Part shown: positions 41,490 through 51,918 of the stretch, piece by piece
Position numbering within the stretch: position 1 is the stretch's first letter
Layout of the letters: each line of letters begins with the position of its first letter
From: an uncultured Gemmatimonadaceae bacterium
GTDB lineage: Bacteria; Gemmatimonadota; Gemmatimonadetes; Gemmatimonadales; Gemmatimonadaceae
Length of the DNA stretch: 64,000 nt
Direction of reading: 5' to 3'
Assembly (NCBI GenBank): GCA_963843845.1
Contig: CAWJMB010000002.1
Location: 3,072,001 to 3,136,000 of the forward strand
The notes under the pieces: model-generated
Seen by the model: the letters and a program-made list of their open reading frames with translations, nothing else
Database searches by the model: none
Told to the model about the DNA's origin: nothing
Program-made: the position numbers and the translations under genes

Positions 41490-42407
41490 ATGAGCGCGAC
41501 CGACCCCGCCATCGCCGCGAAAGGCTACGCCCACCCCGAGGTGCTCGTCTCGACCGACTGGGTCGCGGCGCACCTCGACGACCCTGCCGTCCGCGTGCTC
41601 GAGAGCGACGAGGACGTGCTGCTCTACGACCTCGGCCACGTCCCCGGCGCGCAGAAGATCGACTGGCACCACGACCTGAACGACGCGACCGTGCGCGACT
41701 ACGTCGACCGCGCGGGCTTCGAGTCGCTGCTCCGCGCGTTGGGCATCGACGACTCGCACACGGTCGTGCTCTACGGCGACAAGAACAACTGGTGGGCGAC
41801 GTACGTCTTCTGGGTGTTCAAGCTGTTCGGCTTCCGCGACGTGCGCGTGATGGATGGCGGGCGGACGAAGTGGGAGCAGGAGGGGCGCCCCCTCGTCACC
41901 GACGCGCGGCGCCATCCCGCGACCCGGTACTCGGCGCCCGAGCGGAGCGACGCGCAGATCCGCGCCTACATGGACGAGGTGCGCGCGCACATCCGGCAGC
42001 CGGCGGGCGAGCGCAAACTCGTCGACGTGCGGTCGCCGCAGGAGTTCACCGGCGAGCGCACGCACATGCCCGACTATCCGCAGGAAGGAACGCTGCGCGG
42101 CGGACACATCCCGGGTGCGCGCTCGGTCCCGTGGGCGCGGGCCGCGAACGCCGACGGCTCGTTCAAGTCGGCCGACGAACTGCGCGCGATCTACGAGGGC
42201 GAGCAGGGGCTCTCGCAGGACGACGACGTCGTCACGTACTGTCGCATCGGCGAGCGATCCAGCCACACCTGGTTCGCGCTCAGGTACCTCCTCGGCTATC
42301 CGCGCGTTCGCAACTACGACGGGAGCTGGACCGAGTGGGGGAACGCCGTGCGCGCGCCGATCGAGAAAGGCGCCGCCGCACCGGCGGGCACGGAGGGCGC
42401 ACGATGA
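41490..42407 (+). CDS. Tandem-rhodanese sulfurtransferase (SseA/CysA-type)
   Basis: [34 protein letters not shown] active loop, YDGSWTEW. Confidence 0.93.
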   Translation: MSATDPAIAAKGYAHPEVLVSTDWVAAHLDDPAVRVLESDEDVLLYDLGHVPGAQKIDWHHDLNDATVRDYVDRAGFESLLRALGIDDSHTVVLYGDKNNWWATYVFWVFKLFGFRDVRVMDGGRTKWEQEGRPLVTDARRHPATRYSAPERSDAQIRAYMDEVRAHIRQPAGERKLVDVRSPQEFTGERTHMPDYPQEGTLRGGHIPGARSVPWARAANADGSFKSADELRAIYEGEQGLSQDDDVVTYCRIGERSSHTWFALRYLLGYPRVRNYDGSWTEWGNAVRAPIEKGAAAPAGTEGAR

Positions 42408-42817
42408 GCGGCCCGACGAATCGCGTCGAGATCACGTGGGCCGGCGACCGGCGCTTCGACGCCGGCCGCCCCGGCGGTCCGACGATCCGCCTCGACGGCA
42501 CCGCCGAGACGGGCCCGGGACCGGTCGACGCGCTCCTCGCGGCCCTCGGCGCCTGCACGGCGATCGACGTCGTCGAGATTCTCGCGAAGCGGAAGACGCC
42601 GGTCGAGTCGCTGACGATCGAGGTCGTCGGGGACCGGCAGGACGGCATCCCGAAGCGTGTCGTCCGCGCGACGCTGGTCTACCACATGCGCGGCGCCGGC
42701 ATCGAGCGGGCGCACGCCGAGCGGGCGATCGAGCTGGCGGTGACGAAGTACTGCTCGGTGCGCGACTCGCTCGACCCGGCGATGCCGGTGGAGTGGCGGC
42801 TCGAGCTGGAGGGGTGA
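42404..42817 (+). CDS. OsmC/YhfA family protein
   Basis: [18 protein letters not shown] and KYCSV; ATGA overlap with the sulfurtransferase. Confidence 0.9.
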   Translation: MSGPTNRVEITWAGDRRFDAGRPGGPTIRLDGTAETGPGPVDALLAALGACTAIDVVEILAKRKTPVESLTIEVVGDRQDGIPKRVVRATLVYHMRGAGIERAHAERAIELAVTKYCSVRDSLDPAMPVEWRLELEG

Positions 42818-42938
42818 CGTGACGGGCGCGACGCGACCGCGGGGTACAATTTCCCGCAAGTTCCTGTAGATTCAGCAGTTCCGCGCCGGTGGCACGTCTG
42901 AGGCGCGCAGTCGACGCACCCTCTTTCCGGCACACGCG

Positions 42939-43181
42939 ATGAAGGCCGATATCCACCCGCACTATCATCCGGTCGTCTTCAAAGACCTCTCGAACGGGCA
43001 GCTCATCGTCACCCGCTCGACGATGACCAGCGAACAGAAGATTCGCCTGAGCGACGGGAACGAGTACCCGGTCGTGACGCTCGAGATCACGAACATGTCG
43101 CACCCGTTCTTCACCGGCGAGCAGCGCCTTCTCGACACGCAGGGACGCGTCGACAAGTTCAAGAAGCGCTACGGCCGCTGA
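42939..43181 (+). CDS. rpmE2: 50S ribosomal protein L31, type B (no zinc-binding cysteines)
   Basis: MKADIHPHY, SHPFFTG, GRVDKFKKRY; 80 aa with no Cys. Confidence 0.93.
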   Translation: MKADIHPHYHPVVFKDLSNGQLIVTRSTMTSEQKIRLSDGNEYPVVTLEITNMSHPFFTGEQRLLDTQGRVDKFKKRYGR

Positions 43182-43198
43182 GCGGTTCGCGGACAGCG

Positions 43199-43233
43199 CC
43201 GAGGCCCTTCGTCACCGCGACGAGGGGCCTCGG
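43199..43233 (+). terminator. Putative intrinsic terminator after rpmE2
   Basis: CCGAGGCCCTTCGTC-ACCGC-GACGAGGGGCCTCGG followed by TCGTTT. Confidence 0.7.
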
Positions 43234-43369
43234 TCGTTTCGCGGTGTGTCGATGCGACGCACCGTGTGACGGCGATGTGGCGGTAGCGCGCGACGATGCC
43301 GGGTCGCGCTCGCGCCACCCGTTCGACCCGGCCTATGTTGAAGCTCGCGCGCCGACACAGGGAGGACAC

Positions 43370-43543
43370 ATGGCGACCGTCACGACGCACGATCGGCGGC
43401 TCACCGCCGCGCAACGCCACGGCCGGCCGGACACGGAACGCGTGCACGTCGAGACGGACACGATCGACGGCGATGCGGTGTGCGGCGTTCCGATGCGCGT
43501 CGCGCCGGCGGTCGCGCTCGCGCCTCCCACGCGACGCGGGTAG
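43370..43543 (+). CDS. Small hypothetical protein (57 aa) leading the bio operon
   Basis: Strong GGGAGG RBS 5 nt before ATG; stop 1 nt before the bioF GTG. Confidence 0.55.
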   Translation: MATVTTHDRRLTAAQRHGRPDTERVHVETDTIDGDAVCGVPMRVAPAVALAPPTRRG

Positions 43544-43544
43544 C

Positions 43545-44813
43545 GTGCGCTCACCATCGCCGTCGCTCGACGACGCACTGCACGCCGAGCTCCGCGACCT
43601 CGACCGACGCGCCTTGCGACGCACGCTCCGGTCGACGCGGCGACTCGGCGGCGCGCGACTCGCCGTCGAGGGGCGCGTGGTCACGGACTTCGCGTCGAAC
43701 GACTATCTCGGCCTGGCCGACGATCCGCGCATCGCACAGGCGGCGGCGGCGGCGCTGACCGCGCGCGGCGTCGGCGCCGGCGCGGCGCGGCTCATCACCG
43801 GCGACGACCCGGCGCACGGCGCGCTCGAACGCGCGCTGGCCGAGCTGAAGGGAACCGAGCGCGCGCTGCTCTTCTCGAGCGGCTACGCGGCGAACGTCGG
43901 CGCGCTCTCCGCGCTGGCCGGCGCGGACGACGTGATCTACTCGGACGCGCTGAATCACGCGTCGCTGATCGACGGGTGCCGGCTGTCGCGGGCGACCGTT
44001 CGCGTGGTGCCGCACAACGACGTGGGGGCACTCGACCAGGCGTTGAGCGACGACGCCGGCCGCTTCCGTCGGCGCTGGGTCGTCGTCGAAGGCGTCTACT
44101 CGATGGACGGCGACCTCGCGCCGCTCGACGCGATCGTCGCCACCGCGCGTGCGCACGGCGCATTCACCCTCCTCGACGACGCGCACGCGACCGGCGTCGT
44201 CGGTCCGCAGGGGCGCGGCACGGCCGCGCACCACGGCGTCGCCGTCGACGTCACGGTCGGCACGCTCGGGAAAGCGTTCGGCACGTCGGGCGCCTTCGTC
44301 GCCGGGTCGGCGGCGCTGTGCGACGTGCTGCTCAACCGCGCGCGCTCGTTCGTGTTCACGACCGCGTCGCCGCCGGTGCTCGCGGTCGCCGCGATGCGCG
44401 CGCTCGACGTCGCGCGGGCTGAGCCGTGGCGGCGCGCGCGGGTGCAGGCGAACGCACGCCGTCTGCGCGCCGGGCTCGCGACGCTCGGCGAGGCGCCCCC
44501 GGGCGCGGACGACGGCCACATCGTCCCCGTGCTCGTCGGCGACGCGGCGCGCGTCGTGGCGATCGGCGCCGCGCTGCTCGACCGCGGCTTCGCGGTCGGC
44601 GCGATCCGCCCGCCGACGGTGGCCGAGGGGAGCGCGCGACTGCGACTGAGCGTGAGCGCGGCGCACGACGACGGACAGATCGACGCGCTGCTCGGCGCGC
44701 TCGCCGATCTGGCACGCGCCGACACCACGCGCGAACCGGTTCACCTTGCCGCCGACGACGGGCGCGACGCGCCCGTCGTCGGCGGCTCTCTCGCAATCAC
44801 GGCCCACGCATGA
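43545..44813 (+). CDS. bioF: 8-amino-7-oxononanoate synthase
   Basis: FASNDYLGL, SDALNHASLIDG, YSMDGD, DDAHA, GTLGKAFG, IRPPTV. Confidence 0.93.
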   Translation: MRSPSPSLDDALHAELRDLDRRALRRTLRSTRRLGGARLAVEGRVVTDFASNDYLGLADDPRIAQAAAAALTARGVGAGAARLITGDDPAHGALERALAELKGTERALLFSSGYAANVGALSALAGADDVIYSDALNHASLIDGCRLSRATVRVVPHNDVGALDQALSDDAGRFRRRWVVVEGVYSMDGDLAPLDAIVATARAHGAFTLLDDAHATGVVGPQGRGTAAHHGVAVDVTVGTLGKAFGTSGAFVAGSAALCDVLLNRARSFVFTTASPPVLAVAAMRALDVARAEPWRRARVQANARRLRAGLATLGEAPPGADDGHIVPVLVGDAARVVAIGAALLDRGFAVGAIRPPTVAEGSARLRLSVSAAHDDGQIDALLGALADLARADTTREPVHLAADDGRDAPVVGGSLAITAHA

Positions 44814-46093
44814 CCGATTACGACATCCCGACGCTCGACGCGCGGCACGTGTGGCACCCGTACACGCAGCACCTCACCGCGCCGACGCCGATCGTCGTCG
44901 AGCGGGCCGAGGGCGCCTACCTGTACGACGCGAGCGGACGGCAGATCCTCGACGCGATCTCGAGCTGGTGGGTCACGCTCCACGGGCACGGCACGCCGGA
45001 GATCGCCGACGCGATCGCGCGGCAGGCGCGCACGCTCGACCAGGTCATCTTCGCCGGCTGCACGCACGAGCCGGCGGTGCGCCTCGCCGACGGGCTCGTG
45101 CACGCGGCCCCGCCCGGGCTCTCGCGCGTGTTCTTCTCCGACAACGGATCGACGGCGGTCGAGGCGGCGGTGAAGATGGCGCTGCAGTACGCGGCGAACC
45201 GCGGCACGCCGCGGCGACTGGTGGCGGCGCTCGAACACGCGTACCACGGCGACACGTTCGGCGCGATGAGCGTCGGCGACCGCAGCGTGTTCTCGGCGCC
45301 GTTCGACGAGCACCTGTTCGACGTCGCGCGGCTCCCCGACCCCGGCGTCGATCCGGACGCGACGCTGCGTGCGTTCGATGCGCTGCTCGCGGACCGAGCG
45401 GGCGAGGTCGCGGCGCTCATCGTCGAGCCGCTCGTGTTGGGCGCCGGGGGCATGCGTCTCTGGCACGAGACGACGCTGCGCGCCCTCGCCGCTCGCTGCC
45501 GCGCGCACGACGTGCTGCTGATCGCGGACGAGGTGTTGACCGGGTTCGGGCGCACGGGCGCGCTGTTCGCCTGCGCGCGCGCCGCGATCACCCCGGACAT
45601 CATGTGCCTGTCGAAGGGGATCACCGGCGGCTTCCTGCCGTTAGGCGCGACGCTCGCGACGGAGCGGGTCTTCGCGGCGTTCCTGAGCAACGACCGGCGG
45701 CGCACACTGTTCCACGGCCACTCGTACACGGCGAACCCGATCGCCTGCGCGGCGGCGCTCGCCAGTCTCGCGCTCGTGCGGGCGCCAGAGTCGATCGCCG
45801 CACGCGCGCGCATCGAGGCGGCACACGGGCGCGGGATCGCGCGGATCGCCGGCCACCCGCGCGTGAAGCGTCCGCGGGTGCTCGGCACGATCGCGGCGTT
45901 CGAGCTCGCGGGGACGGAGCACGGGTACCTCGCCCACGTCGGGCCCGCGCTGGGCGCGTTCGCGCTGGAGCGCGGCGTGCTGCTCCGGCCGTTGGGCGAC
46001 ACCTGCTACCTCATGCCACCCTACTGCACGAGCGACGACGATCTCGCCCACGCATACGACGTCATCGCGGGATTTCTCGACGGTGGGCCGTGA
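44810..46093 (+). CDS. bioA: Adenosylmethionine-8-amino-7-oxononanoate transaminase
   Basis: VWHPYTQ, DAISSWWV, SDNGSTAVE, YHGDTFG, DEVLTGFGRTG, SKGITGG, HGHSYTAN. Confidence 0.95.
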   Translation: MTDYDIPTLDARHVWHPYTQHLTAPTPIVVERAEGAYLYDASGRQILDAISSWWVTLHGHGTPEIADAIARQARTLDQVIFAGCTHEPAVRLADGLVHAAPPGLSRVFFSDNGSTAVEAAVKMALQYAANRGTPRRLVAALEHAYHGDTFGAMSVGDRSVFSAPFDEHLFDVARLPDPGVDPDATLRAFDALLADRAGEVAALIVEPLVLGAGGMRLWHETTLRALAARCRAHDVLLIADEVLTGFGRTGALFACARAAITPDIMCLSKGITGGFLPLGATLATERVFAAFLSNDRRRTLFHGHSYTANPIACAAALASLALVRAPESIAARARIEAAHGRGIARIAGHPRVKRPRVLGTIAAFELAGTEHGYLAHVGPALGAFALERGVLLRPLGDTCYLMPPYCTSDDDLAHAYDVIAGFLDGGP

Positions 46094-46686
46094 CGAGACG
46101 ACCGCGCCGGGGCCGTGCGCGGCTCGGGGCCAGCGTGTGCCTCGTCGTCGCGGCGTGTGGCACCGAGCGGGCGGCGAACGAGGCGGCGGCGCGTGGCTCG
46201 ACGCGTGCCGCGACGCTGCCGACCGACTCGGCGGTCGCGACCGGGCCCGACGGATCGTCCGCAGGCGCCGAGGACGGCGCGGCGTGTGGCGACGCGTTGC
46301 GGGTGACGATCCTCGCGTCCGACACGGGTGCCGGTGAGCGGAGCGCGACGTTCGCGCTCATGAACGTCGGCGCGACGCGGTGCACGATCTCGGGGCGGCC
46401 GATCGTCGAGGCGCGGACGCGGGGCGCGGCGACCGAGGGTGCGCGAGCGGGCGGACTGAAGGTGACGTATTCGCCCGACCCGGCGGTCACGGTCGCGCCG
46501 GGCGCGCGCGCGACGTTCGGCGTCAGCTACACGGGCATCCGGGTGGCCGGCCGCCCGTGCGTCGACGCCGACTCGCTCCGCGTCACGCCACCCGGGGCGA
46601 CGCGCGCGACGGCGCTGCCGCTGACGATGCATCTCTGCGGGGAACGCGTGCTGCGCGTCGGCGCCGTACAGTCGTCGGCACCATGA
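46090..46686 (+). CDS. DUF4232-like lipoprotein
   Basis: VAAC lipobox; GAG..FALMN..CTISGRP..VTVAPGARA..LRVTPPG pattern; 4-nt overlaps with bioA and bioD. Confidence 0.7.
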   Translation: MTRRPRRGRARLGASVCLVVAACGTERAANEAAARGSTRAATLPTDSAVATGPDGSSAGAEDGAACGDALRVTILASDTGAGERSATFALMNVGATRCTISGRPIVEARTRGAATEGARAGGLKVTYSPDPAVTVAPGARATFGVSYTGIRVAGRPCVDADSLRVTPPGATRATALPLTMHLCGERVLRVGAVQSSAP

Positions 46687-47480
46687 CGGGGCGGGCGGCC
46701 GTCGCACCCCCGTCCGGCCGCTCGCCGACGCTCCGGCTCGGCGTCACGGGCACCGATACCGGCGTCGGCAAGACGGTCGTCACCTGCGCGCTCGCGGCCG
46801 CGCTGCGCGCGCGCGGACGCACCGTGGCCGCGATGAAGCCCGTCGAGACCGGCGTCTCGCCGAGCGGGCCGCGCAGCGACGTGACCGACGCGGCTCGCCT
46901 GCACCGCGCGATCACCGCGAGCGTCGGTGACCCGGCCGACGCCGCGCCCGGCGTCGAGATCGACGACCTGAACCCGCTGCGCCTCGGCGAGCCGCTCGCG
47001 CCGTGGATCGCGGCGGAGCGCACGGGGCGTCCGATCGACGTCGAGGCGCTCGATGCGGCGCGTGCGCGACTCGAGCGCGGCCGCGACGTGCTGCTCGTCG
47101 AAGGCGCGGGCGGGCTGCTCGTGCCGTTCACGGCGTCGCTCGCGTTCGCCGACCTCGTCGCGCGCTGGTCGCTCGACCTCGTGGTCGTCGCCGCGAACCG
47201 GCTCGGGGCGATCAACCACACGCTGCTCACCGTCCGCGAGGCGCACCGCCGCGGCCTCGTCGTGCGCGCCGTCGTCCTCGTCGCCCCGGAGGTCGAGGAC
47301 CTCGCGTCGCGCACGAACGTCGAGGCGTTCGGCGTCCTCCTCGGAGCGCGCGGCGACGTGCCTCGCGTTCCGCTCGTGCCGTTTCCGCGCCTTCCGGGTG
47401 CCGTGGTCGACGACGACCAGCTGCCGGCGCTCGCCGCGGCCGCCGGGCCGCTCGCCGAACTCCTGAGCGCGCCGCGTTAG
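46683..47480 (+). CDS. bioD: Dethiobiotin synthase
   Basis: [38 protein letters not shown]. Confidence 0.95.
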   Translation: MTGRAAVAPPSGRSPTLRLGVTGTDTGVGKTVVTCALAAALRARGRTVAAMKPVETGVSPSGPRSDVTDAARLHRAITASVGDPADAAPGVEIDDLNPLRLGEPLAPWIAAERTGRPIDVEALDAARARLERGRDVLLVEGAGGLLVPFTASLAFADLVARWSLDLVVVAANRLGAINHTLLTVREAHRRGLVVRAVVLVAPEVEDLASRTNVEAFGVLLGARGDVPRVPLVPFPRLPGAVVDDDQLPALAAAAGPLAELLSAPR

Positions 47481-47509
47481 ATTCGGGGCGTCACTCAGCC
47501 CGAGCTTCG

Positions 47510-48565
47510 ATGTCAGACTGGAACGCCTTCGCCGACCGCGCGCTCGCCGGCGAACTGCTGTCGCGAGAGGAGGCGCGCGCTGTCCTCGCCGCGCCCGACG
47601 ACGTGCTGCTCGACCAGCTCGCCGCGGCGTATCGCGTGCGCCGCCACTTCTGGGGGAACCGCGTCCGCCTGCACTTCCTGCTGAACGCGCAGAGCGGACT
47701 CTGCCCCGAAGACTGCGGCTACTGCTCGCAGTCGAAGGTCTCGGCGGCGGAGATCGAGAAGTACCCGATGCTCGCCCGCGAGCGGATCCTCGACGCGGCC
47801 GACCGCGCGGCGCGGCTCAAGGCGGGGACGTTCTGCATGGTCATCTCCGGCCGCTCGCCCGGCGGCCGCGTGTTCGAGAAGGTGCTCGACGCGGTGCGCG
47901 AGGTGAAGGCGCGCCACGACCTGCGGGTCTGCGCCTGTCTCGGTCTGCTGACGCCCGAGCAGGCGGTCGCGCTCAAGGAGGCGGGGGTGACGCAGGTCAA
48001 TCACAACCTGAACACGTCCGCGCGCTACACGCCCGAGATCGTCTCGACGCACACGTTCGACGACCGCGTCGCGACCGTCGAGCACGTGAAGGCCGCGGGG
48101 CTCAAGACCTGCTCGGGCGGCATCGTCGGCATGGGGGAGACCGACGACGACGTCATCGACCTCGCGCTGTCGCTCCGCGAGCTCGAGGTGCGCTCGGTGC
48201 CGGTGAACTTCCTCATTCCGGTGCCGGGCACGTCGTTCTCGCACGTGCGCGAGCTCGACCCGCGCCGCTGTCTCCGCGTCCTCGCGCTCTATCGGTTCCT
48301 GCTGCCGTCGCAGGAGATCCGCATCGCCGGCGGGCGCGAGGTGCACCTCCGCTCGATGCAGGTGATGGGGCTCTACGCCGCGAACTCGATCTTCATCGGC
48401 GACTACCTCACGACGCAGGGCGCGGCCGCGCGCGCCGACCTCGAGATGATCCGCGACGCCGGCTTCGTGCTCGAGACGCCGGACGGCGCGCCGTTCGAGG
48501 GGGACCCGTTCGAGGCGCTCCCGGAGAGCTACCCGCGCGCGCCGCTCCCCATGGTGGCGGTCTAA
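47510..48565 (+). CDS. bioB: Biotin synthase (radical SAM)
   Basis: [48 protein letters not shown]. Confidence 0.96.
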   Translation: MSDWNAFADRALAGELLSREEARAVLAAPDDVLLDQLAAAYRVRRHFWGNRVRLHFLLNAQSGLCPEDCGYCSQSKVSAAEIEKYPMLARERILDAADRAARLKAGTFCMVISGRSPGGRVFEKVLDAVREVKARHDLRVCACLGLLTPEQAVALKEAGVTQVNHNLNTSARYTPEIVSTHTFDDRVATVEHVKAAGLKTCSGGIVGMGETDDDVIDLALSLRELEVRSVPVNFLIPVPGTSFSHVRELDPRRCLRVLALYRFLLPSQEIRIAGGREVHLRSMQVMGLYAANSIFIGDYLTTQGAAARADLEMIRDAGFVLETPDGAPFEGDPFEALPESYPRAPLPMVAV

Positions 48566-48571
48566 CCGGCC

Positions 48572-49219
48572 GTGGGCGATCCGTTAGGCGTCGCTGCCAT
48601 GCGCGCGTCCTACGAGCGCGGCGCGCTCGACGAGGGGTCGACGGACCCGGACCCGATCGCGCAGTTCGTGCGGTGGTTCCAGGAGGCCCGCGACGCCGGC
48701 GTGCGCGAGCCGAACGGCATGACGCTCGCCACGACCACGCCCGACGGCCACCCTTCGGCGCGGGTCGTGCTGCTCAAGGGCGTCGACGCGCGGGGGTTCG
48801 CGTTCTACACCGACTACCGCAGCCGAAAAGGCGCCGAGCTCGCCGCGAACCCGTACGCCGCGCTCGTGTTCTGGTGGGAACCGCTCGAGCGGCAGGTGCG
48901 CATCGGCGGTCGCGCCGAGCGCGTGTCGCGCGACGAGTCGGCCGCGTACTTCGCGACGCGTCCGCGCGGCAGTCAGCTCGGCGCGTGGACGTCGCGCCAG
49001 TCGTCCGTGGTATCGGATCGCGCCGAGCTCGATCGCGCGTCAGGCGCCACGGACGCTCGGTTCCCCGCCGAGGTGCCGCTCCCCGAGCACTGGGGCGGCT
49101 TTCGCGTCGTGCCGTCGGAGATCGAGTTCTGGCAGGGGCGGCGCGACCGGCTGCACGACCGGCTCCGCTACCGCCGCGCCGGCGACGGTCCGTGGACGCG
49201 CGAGCGGCTCTCACCCTGA
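48572..49219 (+). CDS. pdxH: Pyridoxamine 5'-phosphate oxidase
   Basis: PSARVVLLK, RQVRIGG, YFATRPRGSQLGAW, EFWQGRRDRLHDR. Confidence 0.96.
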   Translation: MGDPLGVAAMRASYERGALDEGSTDPDPIAQFVRWFQEARDAGVREPNGMTLATTTPDGHPSARVVLLKGVDARGFAFYTDYRSRKGAELAANPYAALVFWWEPLERQVRIGGRAERVSRDESAAYFATRPRGSQLGAWTSRQSSVVSDRAELDRASGATDARFPAEVPLPEHWGGFRVVPSEIEFWQGRRDRLHDRLRYRRAGDGPWTRERLSP

Positions 49220-49230
49220 CGGCGGGGCCG

Positions 49231-51324
49231 TCAGCTCGCTCGCCGCAGCTCGTCCGGCGACGCGCTCAGCAGCGCGGTGATCTCGTCCGCCTCGACCGGA
49301 TGCGCGAACAGGAAGCCCTGGCCGAACTCGCAGCCGAGCGACCGGAGCTGCTCGTGCTGCGCGGTGCGCTGCACGCCTTCCGCGATCGTGTGCAGCGACA
49401 GCGAGTCGCCGAGCGCGATGATCGTCCGGGCGAGCGCGGCCTCGTTGCCGCCGCGGCTCATCCCCTCGACGAATCGGCGGTCGATCTTGAGCACGTCGAG
49501 CGGGAAGTCCTGTAGGTAGCTGAGCGACGAGTAGCCGGTCCCGAAGTCGTCGATCGCGAGGCGGAGGCCCAGCGCCTTCAGCGCGTGCAACCGTTCGAGC
49601 ATCGACCCGTCGTGCTGCAGGAACACGCTCTCGGTCAGCTCGAGGACGAGCTGCGTCGCCGGGAAGCCGCTCGCCATGAGCGCGTCGTGCACGTCGTCGA
49701 CGAACGACGGGTCGTGCAGTTGGCGCCCCGAGACGTTCACCGTGAGCGACAGCGGCGGCGCGTCTCCGCTCGCGTCGCGCAGGCGGTGCCACCGCATGCC
49801 CTGCCGGCACGCCTCGAACAGCACCCACCGGCCTAACGGGACGATGTGCCCCGTCTCCTCGGCGAGGGGAATGAAGTCCGCCGGCGGCAGGAGGCCGAGC
49901 GTCGGGTGCTGCCAGCGCACGAGCGCCTCGACGCCGACGATCCGTTCGCCGTCGAGCTCGACGATCGGCTGGAAATGCAGCCGGAGCTGGTTCCCTTCGA
50001 CCGCGTGGCGCAGCGCGGCTTCGAGCTCGAGGCGGCGCAACGCGTCCTCCTGCATCCCGCGCTCGTACATCACGTGCCGTCCCTTCCCCGCACCTTTCGC
50101 GCGGTACATCGCGACGTCCGCGTTGCGCAGGAGCGTGTCGGCGGTGTCGGGCACCGCCGGGTCGATCCCGGCGCGCGCGATCCCGACACTGGCGCCGACG
50201 AACGCCTCCTTGCCTTCCACGATCACCGGCGCTCGCATCGCTCGCACGACGCGCTCGGCGACGATGTGCACGTCGTCGTCGGTGCGAACGTTCTCGAGCA
50301 GGATCGCGAACTCGTCGCCGCCGAGTCGCGCGACGGTGTCGCTGCCCCGCGTCGCGTTCAGCAGCCGCTCGGCCACCGTCCGCAGCAGCGCGTCGCCGGC
50401 CGCGTGGCCCAACGAATCGTTCACCTTCTTGAAGTCGTCGAGGTCCACGTAGATCAGCGCGACGCTCTGCGCGGACCGGTTCGGCATCGACAGCACGTGC
50501 TCCACGCGGTCGCGGAGCCGGGTGCGATTCGCGAGCCCGGTGAGCGGGTCGTGATACGCCTGATGGCTGAGCCGCGTCTCGAGCTCCTTGCGCTCGGAGA
50601 TGTCGTAGATCAGGCCGACGAGCGTCGCGTCGTCGCCCTGCGTATGGAGGCGCGAGATCGTGAGGCTGCACCACACCGTGCCGCCGTCGGCGCGGAGGAA
50701 GCGCTTCTCGACGGTGATCGAGTCGCGCACGCCGGATCGCAACTCCGCGATCGGCCCGCGCGTGATCATGGCGTCTTCGACGGGCGAGAGCGACGCCGCC
50801 ACCTGCCCGCGCAACTCCGCGGCCGGGATGCCTAACAGTCGCTCGAACGCGGGGTTCGCGTCGTGCACGACGCCGGCGTCGTCGATGAACGTGATGCCGA
50901 TCGCGGCCTGGTCGAACATCGCGCGCAGCCGCGACTCGCTCGCGCTGACCCGCGCCGCGACCTCGACGCGCTCGGTGACGTCGCGGACCGTCGCGAGCCC
51001 GCCCACGATCGCGCCGGACGCGTCGCGCACCGGGACGCACGACGTGTCGAAGTAGCGTGCGGCGCCGTCGCGGGTCGCGCGCCCGAGGCGCTCCGTCGCG
51101 CGGCACTCCTCGCCGGCGAGCGCGCGCGCGTACGGCCGTCCCTCAGGACCCCAGTCGACGCTCGCCTCGAACTCGTCGAGCCGGCGGCCGAGGGCGGCGG
51201 CGCGCCCGACGCCGGTCCACTGCTCCATCGCGCGGTTCCATTCGGTGACGCGCTGCTCGCCGTCGAACGCGAACATGGCGTCGGCGATCGACGCGATCAG
51301 CGACGTCGTCGATACGGCGCTCAT
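49231..51324 (-). CDS. PAS-PAS-GGDEF-EAL diguanylate cyclase/phosphodiesterase
   Basis: Two PAS domains, HDPLTGLANR, RGSD I-site, GGDEF, EALVRW, DDFGTGYSSL. Confidence 0.93.
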   Translation of the reverse strand: MSAVSTTSLIASIADAMFAFDGEQRVTEWNRAMEQWTGVGRAAALGRRLDEFEASVDWGPEGRPYARALAGEECRATERLGRATRDGAARYFDTSCVPVRDASGAIVGGLATVRDVTERVEVAARVSASESRLRAMFDQAAIGITFIDDAGVVHDANPAFERLLGIPAAELRGQVAASLSPVEDAMITRGPIAELRSGVRDSITVEKRFLRADGGTVWCSLTISRLHTQGDDATLVGLIYDISERKELETRLSHQAYHDPLTGLANRTRLRDRVEHVLSMPNRSAQSVALIYVDLDDFKKVNDSLGHAAGDALLRTVAERLLNATRGSDTVARLGGDEFAILLENVRTDDDVHIVAERVVRAMRAPVIVEGKEAFVGASVGIARAGIDPAVPDTADTLLRNADVAMYRAKGAGKGRHVMYERGMQEDALRRLELEAALRHAVEGNQLRLHFQPIVELDGERIVGVEALVRWQHPTLGLLPPADFIPLAEETGHIVPLGRWVLFEACRQGMRWHRLRDASGDAPPLSLTVNVSGRQLHDPSFVDDVHDALMASGFPATQLVLELTESVFLQHDGSMLERLHALKALGLRLAIDDFGTGYSSLSYLQDFPLDVLKIDRRFVEGMSRGGNEAALARTIIALGDSLSLHTIAEGVQRTAQHEQLRSLGCEFGQGFLFAHPVEADEITALLSASPDELRRAS

Positions 51325-51442
51325 GAGAGTGACAGAGGCGGGGTCGCAGTCGACCGTGGGAACTGACCGTTCACATCGTTTGGGTATCGTCGGCTGCTCG
51401 GCCCAGCTTGAGCGGCGCAGACGACCGACGGATCGCCACGGT

Positions 51443-51518
51443 CTACTAGATATCTAGTTGACAGATGGCGAGCCGCATCGCATGTTGCGGCTTCACTACT
51501 AGAACTCTAGTTGACAGA
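51443..51518. promoter_or_regulatory. Two putative BlaI/MecI/CopY-type operators (CTACTAGA-NN-TCTAGTTGACAGA at 51443 and 51496)
   Basis: 23-bp direct repeat with 2 mismatches, each copy containing an ACTAGA-NN-TCTAGT palindrome; AT-rich; directly upstream of the blaI-like gene. Confidence 0.85.
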
Positions 51519-51522
51519 GGCC

Positions 51523-51918
51523 ATGCACGTCTCGTTCACCGATCGCGAGCTCGACATCATGGCGGTGCTGTGGGAACGCGGCCCGTCGACGGTGGCCGAG
51601 GTGCGCGCCGCGCTGCTGGACGACCTCGCGTACACGACGGTGCTCAGCATGCTCCGCATTCTCGAGGAGAAAGGACATGTCGCGCACGACGAGGCGAGTC
51701 GCGCCTATCGCTACCGCGCGCTCGTCGCGCGCGAGACGGCGAGTCGCAGCGCGCTCCGCCACGTGCTCGGCCGGCTGTTCGCCGGGTCGCCGGAGCTGCT
51801 GCTGACGCAGCTCGTCGACGAGCGCGGCGTTGCACCTGACGCGTTGGAGCGGATGCGCGCGCTGCTCGACGCGCGGCTCGACGCGCGGCTCGACGCGGCG
51901 GCGGAGGACGAGCGATGA
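51523..51918 (+). CDS. BlaI/MecI/CopY family transcriptional repressor
   Basis: FTDRELDIMAVLW, LAYTTVLSMLRILEEKG; GAGG just upstream of the ATG. Confidence 0.92.
   Translation: MHVSFTDRELDIMAVLWERGPSTVAEVRAALLDDLAYTTVLSMLRILEEKGHVAHDEASRAYRYRALVARETASRSALRHVLGRLFAGSPELLLTQLVDERGVAPDALERMRALLDARLDARLDAAAEDER

Noticed and set aside
42818..42938. Zur box upstream of zinc-free rpmE2
   Set aside because: No convincing AT-rich palindrome; only -10-like hexamers (TACAAT, TAGATT)
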